Part shown: positions 1-15,000 of the stretch, piece after piece
How positions within the stretch are numbered: position 1 is the stretch's first letter
Layout: each line of letters begins with the position of its first letter
Assembly: GCA_015232565.1 (NCBI GenBank)
Contig: JADFZK010000003.1
Location: forward strand, 64,540 to 128,539
Direction: 5' to 3'
Origin: Candidatus Omnitrophota bacterium
GTDB lineage: Bacteria; Omnitrophota; Gorgyraeia; Zapsychrales; Fredricksoniimonadaceae
Length of the DNA: 64,000 bases
Translations under genes and position numbers: made by a program
The notes under the pieces: generated by a model
Told to the model about the DNA's origin: nothing
Database searches by the model: none
The model's input: only the letters and a program-made list of their open reading frames with translations

Positions 1-2
1 GC

Positions 3-3000
3 AAATATGCCGGACAGGATGCCCAGCAAACGGCCCGCAACACTATCCGGCATTTCCTGCCAGCCCCGGGTAATGGTCCGCAAGGCGGCCCGCGGATTCA
101 GGAAACTGCGGTCGAAATACTGCAAGGTGCCTTCGACCGTAGCCGCAAAATAGATCCAGATCGACCGGAAAATTCCCGCATTCGGATACTGCCGGAAATA
201 CTTGGCCTTCTGGTTCTTGATCTTGTCGACCAACAGCGCCAGAGTGATCGACTGGTTAAACACGATCGAGACCCCAATGAATAACCCCGCCCACATCAAC
301 GACTGGTACGGCATACTGCTGGAAAAGAGCATGATCGGCAAAAGCGCCAGATTGACCGCGGCCGACAAATGCTTGGCATAGAACTGCTCTTTTACCAGGC
401 GCTCCCGCTTGGCGTACCACGGGACCGTGGGGTTGATCGGGAAATCATCCAGGATATCGGATCTCCAGCGCTCCACATTGCCCCAGCGCGTCCAGGCATT
501 CTGGGCCTGGGCCAAATTACGTTCAAAACTCTCCTTAAGATCAACATAAGGCGCATATTTGGTAACTCCGCCGCCCAGGATAATACGGGCCTGAGTCATG
601 CCCAAAGCCGACATAATATCCTCGGAAGCGAAATCCTGGGCAAATTCGTAACCACCGGAACGCAAATATTTTTCGATCATCCGATTGCCCCGGCCGATCT
701 CCCGGGCGGCAGTGGAGATCTCCAGAAGCGGCATATAATCGTTCTTGAACCCGTACATGGAAGAACAAATACTGTGCCCGTAATGGCCGGAGAACCCTTC
801 ATTGAACAAACGTACCCGGTCCCAGGCATTATGCGCCTCGCCGGCCGCGTACATAAGCGGGGTATCCACCAGCTCCAGCACGCAGTGGGCCGGCTGTACA
901 ATGTCTACCAGAGGATTAATGAACTCCGCGATCATATACGGATACCGGGCCGCCGCAGTACGCGAAATATAGCTGTCGCAATCGTAGGACATCACCACAT
1001 GGCCTTCTTCGAAGAAAATACGGCTCGTCCAGTTGCCGGCCTTGGCGCGCGTACCGGCGGTACGGTTGGTTTCGTGATAACGGATAATATCCTTGAGGAA
1101 AAGCTGTTTGCCATTGTTGGGATATCTTTTCCAGTCCGGATGATTGGCCGGCTTCTCAAAACCCTGGGGATACGAATCGCGGTCAAAACCATGCAAATTC
1201 TGTAAACGGGACCGCACCAGGTAATGGATCTCATCCTTGTTGTGTTCGCGATCCAGCATATATTCCATCTCGGCATATGGCGTATAACCATGGGTATAGA
1301 GGTTATTCATACCCGAGGTCAGGCCGATCAAAGTCTGCAGATGCTGATTGGCCCAGTCCACAATAATGGTCCGGAACAGCGGTTGGGATTCACCAATCTG
1401 AACCATGTCAGAATGCAATTCTGCTCCGTTAAGAAGCCGGATCAATTGCGGGCGCATAACCTCGGCCACTTTATCCAGGACCGTAACGAACTCCGGATTC
1501 TCCAGGACCTCGTTGATAACCGACTCATCCCCTTCAGGAAAAAGCTCCGGCGCCAACTGGTTACGCAGAGCCAGTTTCACCGCCGCGGGGTCGGCCACCA
1601 CACCCTTCATTGCCTTGGCGATCGCTTCTCTGGCCCGGGTTTCGGAAGGCTGCCACACCCCCATCAAATACGCCGCGGCCATAACCCGGCCAAACCCGGT
1701 GGGATTGATCAGGATCGCCCAGTTCAGGATCGATTTGCGCTGGTGCGGCGCCGCCCCCTCGAACTCCGCAGCATAGAACATCTGTTTACTGCCGCCGTTC
1801 CGGTAAGCGTTACGAAAGTTCCGCGGGCCGTCAAAGAAGTTGTCATAGGATTCATAGATCTCTTGCCAGGTATACTTGATCTGCTCATCCGGCAGAGAAA
1901 AGAACACATTGGTCGAGATCGGGATACGGAGGAAACTGTGGCGTTTCGGCTTTTCCACAGTACCTCTCGGGCGCGAATAGACTATCAAGCTCTCCAGGAT
2001 CTCCATGATCGAATAATTTACAAACAGGGTACAGTTAAGCACGAACATGGTAGAGGTTAACAGCATCAACGCCGATCCGCCCACCAAAAGCCCCTTGACC
2101 GCGCAAAACGCCAGGAGCGGAGCGACGAACAACATCAACCAGCCTTTAGGACTCTTGGTAACATCCTTAATGCGCAGTTTAAGCACCAGGGACACCAGCG
2201 CCGCCCCGATCGCCAGGAAATTGCCTGCCGTCGGCAGGTAACTGCTGGCGCAACCGCTCAAGACCCAAAAGACCGCCAGATAAATAAAGGTAGCGGTGGG
2301 CGTACCTTTCTTGAAATACTGCCAATGCGCGGCCATCTTGGCCTTTACGCCGGGAGATCTGTTGGTATTAAGGCTCCGGTAAAACCTGCCCCCGGCCACC
2401 GACAGCAAGACCAGCGCGACCAGGAAAAGCAATATAGGCGCCGTTTGCAGGAGCGGGATACTGGCAAAACAACCCTCCGCCAAAACCCGCGGCAGAAGAT
2501 TCATAAAGAACGGCGCGATCCCCGCGAAGATATAAAGGTTGGCCACCACCGAGAAAACATCGTTAAGGATAAACCACAATTTGGTGCGCCAAATGCCTTC
2601 ACTGCGCGGATCAATACCCGGCCGGCAGAAATTGAACATATCGCCGGCGAATCTATAGGCCGCCTTACCCAGGGCCGGCAGCCAGACCATATTCTTTTCG
2701 CGATCACTCTCGGCACGAGCCGGCGCATCATTGCGCGCCCGGGTCTCGCGCACCAGCTGTAAAACCTTGATAACGTACTGCGACAAAGGCACAAAGATCA
2801 TTATCGCCAGGCCAAACATCCAGAGCTCCGGCCCGCTGTTATGCGCCATGTTCAACAGCGGGCTCACCAGGGGCGAAGCGTCATGGATCATTTGCGCCTG
2901 CTGGGCGACGGTCAATGGCAAAAGCACCGCTTTCGAGATCAGGATCGCGGCCGTGAACAAACCGCCATAAAGAGTGGAATAGTACGACAGGTACAAAGAC

Positions 3001-6000
3001 CAGAGATTATAAAAATAATTCGGCTTGCGGGCCACCTTCTGATAGGCGGTCTCAAAGAAATAACTTACTTCCTTATCGAAATACGTCAGGCCGTCGCGAT
3101 CTCCCGGCACAACGTCGAGGCGCGCCTCCACATTATATTGCACATTTTTTGCCGGGGTGTGGTCCTTGGCGCTATCCATATACCAGACTTTCTCCAGGAA
3201 AAAATCCATCAGCCGTTCCATGGCGAACACATGCTTGATCCGGTTCTCGCTGTCGGTCATTATCCGGTGGAACGAGATTATGGCTTCGTCGGAAAGCTTG
3301 GTGAAATCCAGCCCGGCGAATTCTTTATGGGCCACATTGTCGCCGGTGACCAGGTAGATATACCAGGGATTCTCCTTGGCACCGCGCGCGGCATGGATAC
3401 TAGCCAGGATCGTGTTAATATCCGCGGTCATAAACATATGAACCTGTTGCGAACCTTGTTTGGCGATCTTCTCGACCTTATCCGCCCCCTTCAGAGCCTC
3501 CTTATAGAAGAACAGGAAGAAATCCAGGACTTCGCGCCACTTGACGCTGTATTCAATAACTTCTTTCAGGGAACGTTTTGTGCCGTCTACGGTCTTAACA
3601 TCGCCCGCAAGGTGCCGGGCCAGGAAGTGCACAAAACCCGGAGCCAGGTCCATCAGGCCAAGATATCTTTCCAGCACAATGAAATGAGTAAGATAACGAT
3701 AATTCTTGATGATCAGGGATTCACTTTTCAGAGTAAGGTCCGCGCCGCGCGTATTAAACGCTAACCCAAAGATCAAGGCCCCGCCCGCCACTACCACCCA
3801 TTCGATCAGCGTAACCGGCCAGGTGAAAGTAACCGCCACGTACACGCCCAGCATGCCGATCACGCCGACCAGGGATTTGAAGACCAGGGTCAGTAACATG
3901 CGAATTGACCAGGACAGGCGCATGGAATTAATCACCTTAACCAGCCCGAACGCATCAAGATGTTTACCGATATTGGTCTTTCTCTGGATCGCGTGCAGGG
4001 CCCAGGTTAACGGGGCGGCGATCATGTACAGCACCCCCCCGACCACGGCCCCCACGACCACGACCGCCAGGAGCTTTGACAGGCCCGGCAGGCCCATAGC
4101 AACCAGGGTCAGCGCCTTAAACCATCCCATGACCACCGGCAGATTAACCAGCCAGATCGCACCCCGAACTATTAAACCCAACACCGCCCATATGCCGAAG
4201 TACCCGGCCACAGCCGCCCAGCGTTTCCAGCCCCTCACGAAACTCACCCGCTCGTCCGCGTTACGCTTATTAATTCCTTCGCGGTCGAAGAACATCTTCC
4301 ACATGCGATCCTTCATCTTCTTGGTATAAGGCTCAAAAACCACGGTAAAGAATGTTTTATGTTTGCTAACCAGCTCATGCTCTTTCCCCTTATAAGCTTC
4401 CAGAGCACTCTGAACCCCGGCCAGAATAGCCTTTACATCCAGAGTCTTAAGCGTTGCTTCAACTTCTTCACAAGGCGTCTTTGCCAGGCTCAACGACATT
4501 CCCGCCATCGCCATCAGATCGTCAAAAGCGGCAATACGAACCCGCAATTTCTCTTCCTCAATGTCACGGCAGACTTTATCATCAATTTCTTTAGGCAACC
4601 CGCGCTCCAGGCCCACAATGTCGTTAACCAAAGACATGACAGTTAAACCGTCCTTGCGCACCAGATCTCCCTGTTGTATTACCTTTTCCTTAGGGCTTAA
4701 GGTGGCGTCATTCTTGATAGCCTCAAGATTAGCCAGAGTATCCATATTAAAACGCAGTTCCTGACGAACCATCTCGGGCAGGATCTCGGGCCGCGCGATC
4801 AAACGGTGGGCGTAATTTCTCAGGAGATCAGCCGTGGCATCCACTATATGGAACAATACCAGTTCGGCGCGATTATTTCTACCAACCGCAGCCAGATCAA
4901 GGGGGTCACTCTTGCCATCCAGTTTCTCAGCCTTTGCAATAGCAAATAATTCCTGGACCGTCCATTGCTCTCCACCTTTCTTCTCTTGAGCCAGGGCCAC
5001 GGCCCGGATCAGATCGAATATCGTCGACAACAAAAGGCCCGCATTTACCCGCCCTTCATCCACATCCTTGCCCTGGGCCTTTTTAAACTCTTTTCTGGCC
5101 GTCCTCAGGCGCCGTTGTTTATCCCCATAGGAATAACCGTTCTCCCGCTCCAATGCCTTCTGATCATTAACCTGACTGACCAATCTTGCCATCATCTTAT
5201 TCAACACTTCTATAATGCTTTCTTCGGTGATAAGTTCTATAATGACTGCACTCCGAAGAACATTCTGCAATTCGTCTAAAGCCGTGGCCAAATCTACCGG
5301 AGCCGGAGCCGCGGGAGTCGCGATCTCGCCCTTTTCATTGTATGTAATCATCTGAGCCACAAAGCTTGCCAAATCCATAGCCTCTACACACACCAGCGCT
5401 GTCTTACAATATTCTGGCTTGGAAGATTGCCATTCATGCTCTATCACTTCTTTGGCCTGTTCTGCATACTCTTTCCGGTTGGCCTGATAAGCCTGCTGCT
5501 TTTCTTTCTCCGAGGCTATCGCCTCCTTAGTGGCCCGGGCCGCTTTCCAGCCCGTAATCCGACGCAAAGCCACCATACCGCTCAACAACAGCCCCAGGCC
5601 CCAGGCATATTCTCTCCAGCTATCCTGCAAATGCTTCCTTACATCCAACAGCCACAAGTCGCTCTTGAGGCGCACCACAAAATTAGGCTTAACCACCACA
5701 TGCTCCACAATATTCGAATACTGCGCCACGGCCACATAAGGCACCGCTTTAAGCCCCGTCTGACGTTCCGCCAGGGACACACTCTTGATCTGCGCCAGGA
5801 CCGTATTGGTGGCGCCGTCGGAATAGTCGGACTGCCGGCCCTCCAGGAACCACAAATAATACAAGGTGGACTCCAGATTATTCGGCCCGGTATGATCGCC
5901 GTAAGAAACATTGTTGTAATCCTGGCCGGAGTGGTTAGCCAGCGGCAAGCCTACGCTCGTCCTGCCGTCCAGCCCGGGCACTGTGGATTCCTCGAGCAAT

Positions 6001-9000
6001 TTACCTAAAGTGCGGCGCACGGCCTGGTCCTGCGGATGCGTCGACCCGGCCAGCAACTGGCCCGCGAGCGCGGAATTAACATAAGAAACCAGGTAGCTAT
6101 GATTGGTAAGCCCGGCATTAACCGGAACATTCACCAGATTGGTTTCCGCCAGCCGGTTGGTCCCCGCGATACCAAAACCAACACCGGTCAGGGATCTGGA
6201 ATTTACAAACCGGCTCACTGCATCATCGACCGCGCCATCCGCCAGGACTTTGGTGAACCTCAGCACAGTCGCTGGCAACATGTTCTTTTTATATACTTGC
6301 CCCAGCGCCTGGCGGGCTTCCTTATTACCCAGCACCTGGCTGGCTACCAACTGCAGGCGCACACCAAAACTGTCATCCGCGCGGCCGCTGTCAAACAACC
6401 CGGCCTGGTAATAACGACTGCCTTCGTTATATTGCTTCTGCACAAAACCCAGTATCCGGGTAGCCGCCTGGCGAATTTCGGTGCTGGCGGCAAAATCGCC
6501 CAGGAAGCGGGCATAACGCATCAAAGCCGGATAAGCCAGCACATTGTCCAGCGTGTCTTTACCGCCATGGAACGTGGGCGTGAGCGCATGCCTGGCCGCC
6601 AGGTCGCCGTGCTTGAACAATCCACCGTCCACCTGGTCCTGTAACGACAACAGGCGCTTGGCCAGTTGGCCTGCCAGTGCGCTGAACGCCGGGCGATCGG
6701 CCGCCAATTCCTTGATATCCGCAGTTTCCTGAAGATACTTTACCAGCACCCGCAGGAGCTCCGCGTTATCCGCCACATACACCTCGTCGCCGCCCACAGT
6801 GCCCGGCAAACCCCAGTACATTGACGAGAAGCCCGTAAACTTGTCTCTCCCCGCCATCTGCATTTCATACTGGCGGATATATTCCTTAAGGATCGAAAGC
6901 ACATCTTCCGCGGTTCTTGCGCGGTCCACCGTGCCGTCGGTCTTGCGCAGGTCGTACAAGGCATTCTCGATGAAAAGAGCATTAACACGGCTATAGCTCT
7001 GCAAGGTGCCTTCCTGGGTCGCAGGCAATGTAGTACCGCGCGCGATATTGTTCTCGCCGGCCAGTCCCGCATTGCAGGCCGCGCCGGTATAACGCACGCT
7101 CGCCGCCACCGCCGCCCGGAGCAATTTGATCCGCTGGGCGTCATCCAGGACCGCCTCACCGCGCCAGGAGCGGTAATTGCTCCAGGACATATCCAAAGAT
7201 ACCCCCAGCGCCAGGTCCGCGGACATCCCCCGCGCCAGTTCCTGGAACTTCAATTCCATCTTGATGAACGCCTGCTGACGCCCAAGGTTCTCGCGCAAAC
7301 GCCGCTCACGGGCCGCGATCTCGCCCCTCTGCGCCGCAAAGCCGGCCAGGGAGGAAGGCACCGCCCTCTGCGGCCCAGCGGCGACAACTTGCAAATTCAA
7401 AGCCCGCATTTCCCGCTCGATCTCACGCAGTTGCGCAACCTGCGGCGTAAAGGCACTGCCCCAGGGCGCGGCAAACATTTGCGTCAGTTCATTCTCCCGG
7501 GTCTTTAACTGCCGGAATAAATTTTCGACCACAGAACGACCGTCCACCAGCTGGCGTTCCAGGAAACGCCTGTCATTCTCATCCAGCAAAAGGAGTTTCT
7601 CCGTTTCCATAGTGGCGATCTGATGGCCGGAAAGACCTTCCAGCACTTTGGAAATAAAGCCGGTTTTCCACCCCAACTCCTCGGCGGCGTTCTTGTAAAG
7701 GGCAAACCGGAAAGCGGCATCGCCGGCAGATTCATAATATCCACCGACCGCCCGTTTCAGGCCGGCCACCCGTTCCCGCTCCGCGGGCGTACCGTAAGCG
7801 TCGGCATATTGTTGTAAGGTGTCCAGGACCCGTTTTAAACGCTCCTGTAATGGATCCAGCCGTTTGGTTAACTGCTGGTCGGCCTGGCCCAGGCTTTGAA
7901 TAAAGCGCCGGTCGGTATCGATCGCCTTCCGGATGGCCTCGTTACGCAGGTAAACAATGTAATACCCCAGGGGATTCTGGTTCTCGGGCACGATGGCGGG
8001 ATAATACGGGGCCAGTTTGGACTTCACACCCATAAAAGCCTGCGAACCAATGGCAAAGAAGTTGGCGTCACTCTCCGCCAGCATTTGCTGTACGACCCTC
8101 CGGGACAACTCGTAAAGCTCCAGCTGATGCGTCAAAAGGCGGATCGTATTATTTGCGCCTTCAGCGTAAAGCCAGGCCATTTCCCGATCCCGGTTCAATT
8201 CCGCCAGTTTCTTTTTCTCTATAGCCAGTTGCTGGCGCAACGCCTCGGTCTCTTGCTCGAGAGTATACTGTTTCTGCAACTGCTCGCTGTAAACCAGCAC
8301 GATGTTCCCAAAACCGCTTTGCGCCTCGAAGGGGTCCATCCAGAGCGTAATCGCCGGAGCAATATATTTGCCCAGGATATAGCTCGAGGATGAAGTCAAT
8401 TCCGGCTGACGCGAAAGCGGGCTGAACACATGGAAGGAATCCGGCACCAAAGACCGGGAGACAAACTCCACACTGGCCGGCCGGCCGTTAAGCATCCGCG
8501 AAGTATCAAACCAGCTGTAAACACCTTCGGTAACTTCCAGCCGCTTGATCGTAGCGCGCGGCAAACTTTCCAGATCGGTGATCGGAATGAACAAACGCCC
8601 GGCAGCCCGGTCCGGATACGTGATCCGGGCCAGCACCCGGCGCATACCGGACTCTTCCAGCCGCCGGGCTTCTTCTTTATTGTTTGCCACGATCAGTTCG
8701 TTATTCAACGGATTCAAGAACAACCGGCCGTCGAAAAACGCCTTTTCACGGTCAATAATAGCCCTGGGCACTCCCACTACCAGGTTAAGATTATCCCGGC
8801 TAACCAGGTCCCAAATAGCATTGGTACCCTGGCTGTACACTAAAACATCAGGTATTTTCTTGGCTACCTGGGCCTCGGTCCAATAATTCACCGACCGGTT
8901 CGACATCGGCACGGCAAAATACTGGCTCAAGAAATTCGTATTCGTCCGCACACTAACCACCGGGGCCGCCAACGGCAAAGCGCCGGGCCGCACCGCTCCA

Positions 9001-12000
9001 CGCGCCAGAAGTTCCGCAGGCACCGGGACCGCAGGCAAAGCGGAAACATTATCCTTGTTCCATAAAGCCTTGAGCGCTTCATACGCCGGCTTGAAAGAGC
9101 CGTCGGCCCGGCGGATACCCCAGTGTTTCTCGGGGTGACTGGCCGGAGCCCCAACGCCGCCCTTGAACAAGTTGTCCTTGTCGGACATGGCAAAGAAGCT
9201 CAGTCCCATCTTCCCGGCCATCTGGTAATCATTAACCAAAATCCGCGCCTGCACCGCTTCACCGTGGACAGAAGATACGCCCGCCTCGGAGATCACGAAC
9301 GGCCGGATCATCCCGGACTGCGCATAAGCATCTTTAATATCAGTAACCAGCTGTTCATTATGCCGGTACCAGTTCAAGCCCACTATGTCCACTCCGGTCG
9401 AAAGCGCCCCCACCAGGTCCTTAACGCCCCTTTCCTCCTTGCGGTCGCCCATGGTAGTGGCCACCAGCTGATCCGCACCGATCTCCCGGTGGATCCGCGC
9501 CGTATGCCAGGCTATAGTCGCGAACATTTCATTAAAGACCGCCGGAGACGGCTTTTTATTGACCCAGAGCGGATAACTGAAATCCATATTGGGTTCGTTC
9601 ATAACTTCAAATACCATCACCATACGATTCCCCACCGCCGCCCTGACTGCACGAATATAATCGATGTAATTACCCTTCTCCAATGAAATACGCTGACTCT
9701 CCTCCGGAACTGCCTTGCCCCAGTAGGCCTGCAAATTCTGCGCGCTATACGCCTGGCTATTCATGGGCAGGCTGATCCAGGCCACCTTGATGCCATGATC
9801 GGCCATTTTAACCAGCAAATTCGTCGTTATCGGGTAATACGAGCGTACGGCATCGCCCTGATGAAATTGAATATCGCGTTCGGAATAATTATTGGCATCG
9901 ATAGTTAACCCCCGGAAAGGCTGGCCATTTACCACCAGTGTGGACACCTGGGCGCCGCTCACCGTAGCCGCCACGCCCTTCATCATCGCCGCCGGGGCGG
10001 AAGCGACGGGGGTGGCCAGCGGCGTTGCCGTCGGCGCGGCCAAAACCGCCGGAGCCTGCGCCCGTACCGCCTGCTCCACAACATCATGTTCCACCCGGAC
10101 GGAAACAGGCTTAACCAGTGACGGCAAGGCAATGCCGGCATCGGTAGTATCTATAGCAGCGCCGCCAGCGGCCGGAGGCGTAACCGTATCCAACGAAGCC
10201 GAGGGGGTTGCCGAAGGAGTGGCGGTAGGCGCCGGCGCCTGAGGAGCCGACGGAGCGCCCGCCTTTTTATCTATAACCTTAATTGTCAACGGCATATAAG
10301 TCTTGCCATTCTTCTCGATCGTCGGCACCTGCTCCTTGCTAAATTCCATCTCATAAATGCCGTTATTATCATAGTAATATGGCCAGCCATCCCCGGTTTC
10401 GATCTGCAGGTCATACAGATACCCCTGGTCAGCCTGCTCTTTTAAATACGCCTCATCCTGGATCCCAAATTGCGGGTTAGCCTGGTCGGCGATAATAAGC
10501 GAAAGGTAAGAGTCATCGGCATTCTTCACCAGGACTTCATATGTTCCCGTATACTGGTACGCCGCACGCATTGCCCGCAACTGTACCCGGCGGGCTTCCA
10601 GCGCCCCTCTGCCCGACTCAAAGATCTCAACTTCATTACCCACCAAACGCGCCATCACTTCACCGGAATACGACTTGCCTTTCAGCTTGAACATATCGCT
10701 GTCGCCAATGCGCCGGGCTTCCTTCATATAGCGCACGTTCTTGAAACCCGCGGGCATGGAATCCACCGCCACCGGCAAGGCCGTACCCAGCACGGTGGAA
10801 CCAAAACCGCCGATCCGGTAACGTTCCCGGGCATTTTGCGCAATAGCTTCCTGCAAATCCCGGGCCCACATATCATAGGTCTTGACCGACGGCTCAAAGA
10901 TACCGATAACTTCCTTGCCATCCGCGGAAAGCACAAACAAGGTGTCCTGCATCACTTCTTCACCATCCGCAAAAGCCTGCGCGAACTCGGAACGGGCCCG
11001 GGCCTGCAGATCCTTGGACAACCAGCGGTACGGCTGCATTTCCCGCTTGATCGCGGACTGGTCTTTTATCACCCAAGGCTTGTGATTGCTCTTGTCGGAG
11101 AAGAACACCAGTCCCAGCTCGTTAACGCCTTGGACTACGATCTGTTTCAACACCCCGGAGGACACCGCGACCACCAGCCCATTGCGGACCTCATTATTCT
11201 CTCCGTGCGGCGCAAAGATATAATCGCGCAACACCGACGGCATTTCTACAGTGCCCAGCGTTTCAAAGTCGAACTTCCGGAAAGCCTCGCTCACCGTGCG
11301 GCCCGCGCCCAGTTCGGCGGCGAAAATACGCCACTGATCCAGGAAATAATCGGTCAGCACAGAGCCTTCGTACGTGGGGCTCTTGGGCGCATAACCCTTC
11401 TCGCCCCGCTCTATAAGGCTCCGGTTGAACCGTTTAAGGTCATCGGTATAAAGCTCGTCGATCTGCGCGATCTTCCGTCTATCTGCCGTAGTAAACTTGA
11501 GGAACGCATATTTCCGGTGCAACTCGCGGTCAACCAGCACTTTTTCGTTGATAAAATCAACCCCCTTCTCATCGCTCCAGACATCGTCCGGAACAACCAC
11601 GCCCCGCTTCTGTAAGGCCGTCAACAAGTCATGCACTTTCAGCTGGCCCATAAACTCGCCCTTATAGAACCAGGAAGACCCAAACCTCGGCGCCACCGGC
11701 TCCGCCTGGCTAATGCTCATCTTGCACAATTCCGGCAGGCTGGTGGGAGAATCAGCATAAGAGAAGCCCATTATCGCCCCGGTAACGCCATTGCGATACG
11801 CCTTCATTATTAACCGTCCGTCGGCGGCACGGCCATTAAGGAAGATCTGCTCGTCCAGAAGCTCACTCATCGAGCGGATCGGTTCAACTATCCTGGACAA
11901 TGTATTATTCTCTTTCACGCCTTGAGCCAGGAACTCCATGGCCACAAAAGAATAAGTCCGGTACATAATTTGCGTGACCGCCTCATTATTCTTGTCCGCG

Positions 12001-15000
12001 TGCAGGCGATATCCGGTAATAGTAGCCCTCTGGAAAAGCTTGGTGCCCGGCGGAACCGGACCCCTGACGAGTTTAAATCCGTTATAATGACCCTTCTGAT
12101 CATTCATGCTGGCGGTATAAAGCTCGCTATCCAGGAAATCCTCATAAACCCGGAAATAGGCCGCATTCAGGTCTTTATTCTCGTAAGCCGCCAGATTAAA
12201 GAACTGTTCCTTAAAGCCCGGGCTCACTATCCGGCCCATGCTCTCAAAAGGCGCCTTGGCTTTCATATTGCCAACGTATTGCAGGATCGGTTTGATATTG
12301 ATATGCAAACCCATAAGATTTGCAGCTGCAGTTACCCCGCGATTAACCAGTGAGGGCACGCTCTCCACCAGCTCCATTAAGCCCACCCGCAAGACATAAT
12401 CGTTATCTTTATTATTACCCCGGTCAAAACCTTCCTTACGGGTAACATGAATAGCGATCGTATCCAATACGGCTTTCAACAAACCCTTTTCGGTGTTATA
12501 AACCGCGCTCTGGCCGCGATTGTTATGCGTTAAGGCATAATCGTAAATTTTCAACAAATAATCGAGCGCCACCACCGGTGCCATAACCACGCCCGGCCCT
12601 TTATAAGGAATGCCGTTCTCAGCCAGGCCGCGGATAATAATGTAAGCTTCAACCTCCGGCTGGTTAGGATAATGAAACTGGAAGGCCCAGGTAGACGACT
12701 GGGTGCCATGCAAACTGAAAGGCATAAAGTTATTCTGGGTTACAAAGGTAACATGGTACGGCTGAGTTCCACCAACTGTCAAAATCTCAATACTGAAAAT
12801 CCTTCCACTCTCAATACCATCCCTAAGGAACTTATGGCCTTTAATGAGTTCTTCCAGGTCGGGAAGATCGGCTTTCGCCTTGACCGCTTTCTCCACCGCC
12901 AGCTGGCGAGCAACCGGCTGTTCGTTCTGTTGCTTCCATAACTCTGCACCTTTTAACTGCAGTTTGGCGTCGATTGTCTGCACGGTATCAATAGCGAGCT
13001 CAACATTATCGGATTGATTCGCCAAAGCCTTCTGAATGTCTTTATCCGGCCGCGGACACAACACTTTTGCCACCGCCAGGTTAAAAGGACCCCGGTTAGT
13101 GCTTCCCTTAAGATCGTCATACTTAATGGCATAACTGCCGGGGGTGCTATCTCCCAGTATGTGCATCTTCAGATCAATGGTTGCTCTCTTATATACCAGA
13201 TCAAACTTGCCACGGAAACCTACGATCGAAGGATCCACCAACATTACCCGGTAGCCCTTATCCAACAGATCATTTACCTTGTCTGCCGTTTCATCATTCA
13301 ACTCAGCCGGCAACCCCTGGGTCTTGCCATACTGGATAGTAGAAATAACTTTACCGTCTATCTTGGCTGCAAAGCTAACCCCTTGTTCCAGGCCAGGCGC
13401 CGCAACAATCTTGTTAACGGTAGCCAATGCAGCCGGCGGAGCCCGGAACGAATCCGGCATAGCCTGGGCACTGGCGTTAAGACTGCCGCCCATCAAACCC
13501 GAAAAGAATAACATAACCCACAGCACTATGGCCCGCGGCAGGAAGCTGGAAAGAACGGCCAGGGCGATACCAAAAACCGGCATCGAAGCGGGAGCTTGCT
13601 GACCCTGGCCTACGACATTGCTGGCCGAGAAGCCCAATGTCGGGGTGACGAACCCTAAATTTGTATTCCGGGGATTTCTTGTATCAGATATATAACCGGG
13701 GAGCTCCGCAGGCACACCTATAGCCGGGACTTTTTGTTCCTCGCGGACACAAACGCCTACCGGTGCATTGCTGTTCCCCGCTGGACGTAAGCTACCGCCA
13801 TCGGGTTGGGCATTTCCTGTTGATATGTCTATTGAGGATCTATTTTCTGGGCCCTGAGCAACACTTTCCACACCCGTCACACCTGGCTTACCCTGCGTGG
13901 ATCCGGAGCTGGTATACGAACCAGTTCCCGCACTCTCCACACCCCGGGCATTGCCGTTTTCGTGAGCGTTGCCGAGGCTGATGCTTAAACCAGCAGGCAC
14001 ACTTCCCACGATCGTGGTGCTACCTTCTCCGCCCTCGGTATTCGCGCTGTATATACACCCAGCGTTCACACTCCGTGCGTAGCGGGTGCCATCATACACA
14101 CTCTGGGCACCTGTACTCTCAATCCAGACTGTTACAGCCTGCGCATTGCCATTGCTGGCGGGCGCAGTCTCTTCAGCTGCGGCAGTACCAGGCACACTCT
14201 GGGCATCCTTACTGGACACACGTGTTCTGGCACCCCTGTCAGAGCGGGCGTTACCGATCACTCCGCATACCCAGGCGTACAGCCTGAGAACGATCGCGGT
14301 GATCTCTCCGTACACTTTCTCAACCGCGGGCACAATACTGGCACCCTTGTTTGCAACAGTGTACAAAGCACTTCTAACCTGAGCCCAACTACGGCTCACA
14401 GAACGGGCACTACGTGCAACATCGACAGTAACCGCGGTATTAACGCGGGCATTCGCTACTGGCACTGCATTTGCTTCATCTACAATAGGCACAACTTTAC
14501 TCGTATTCGCTACTGTACTACCATTACCCTTGGCGTGATTGTCAGCCTTCGAACCATCAGCCTGGGTATGAGCCGGTTCGCCGCTTGCACTGTTAATGTT
14601 GACTGCCTCAACCTGCGCTTTAGCGCCATCTACCATTGCACTGCTTGCTTCATTCACTACTGCACCACTTACTTCATTCGCTACTGCACTGCTCACTTCT
14701 TCTACAACATTCGCTACATTTGCTTCTGTGTTACCGTCCGTTCTTTCTTTTTCAGCACCAGCGATCCCGGACAGACCTTGCGGTCCACTGTTGCTCTTGA
14801 CTGCGTTTACGTTCAACTTCTCCGCGGCACTCAGCCTGCCGTAAGCTCCCAACACTACATTAACGACATAACCAATACTGTCTCTCGTGAATTTCAGGAC
14901 CGCTCCGGCTATGAGAGATAGCCTGCGGTCTTTGATACGACCTCCATCGCCCTCACTTGACTGTTTTTCTTCCAAAGTCGGACCCTTGCGGCGTCCGTAT

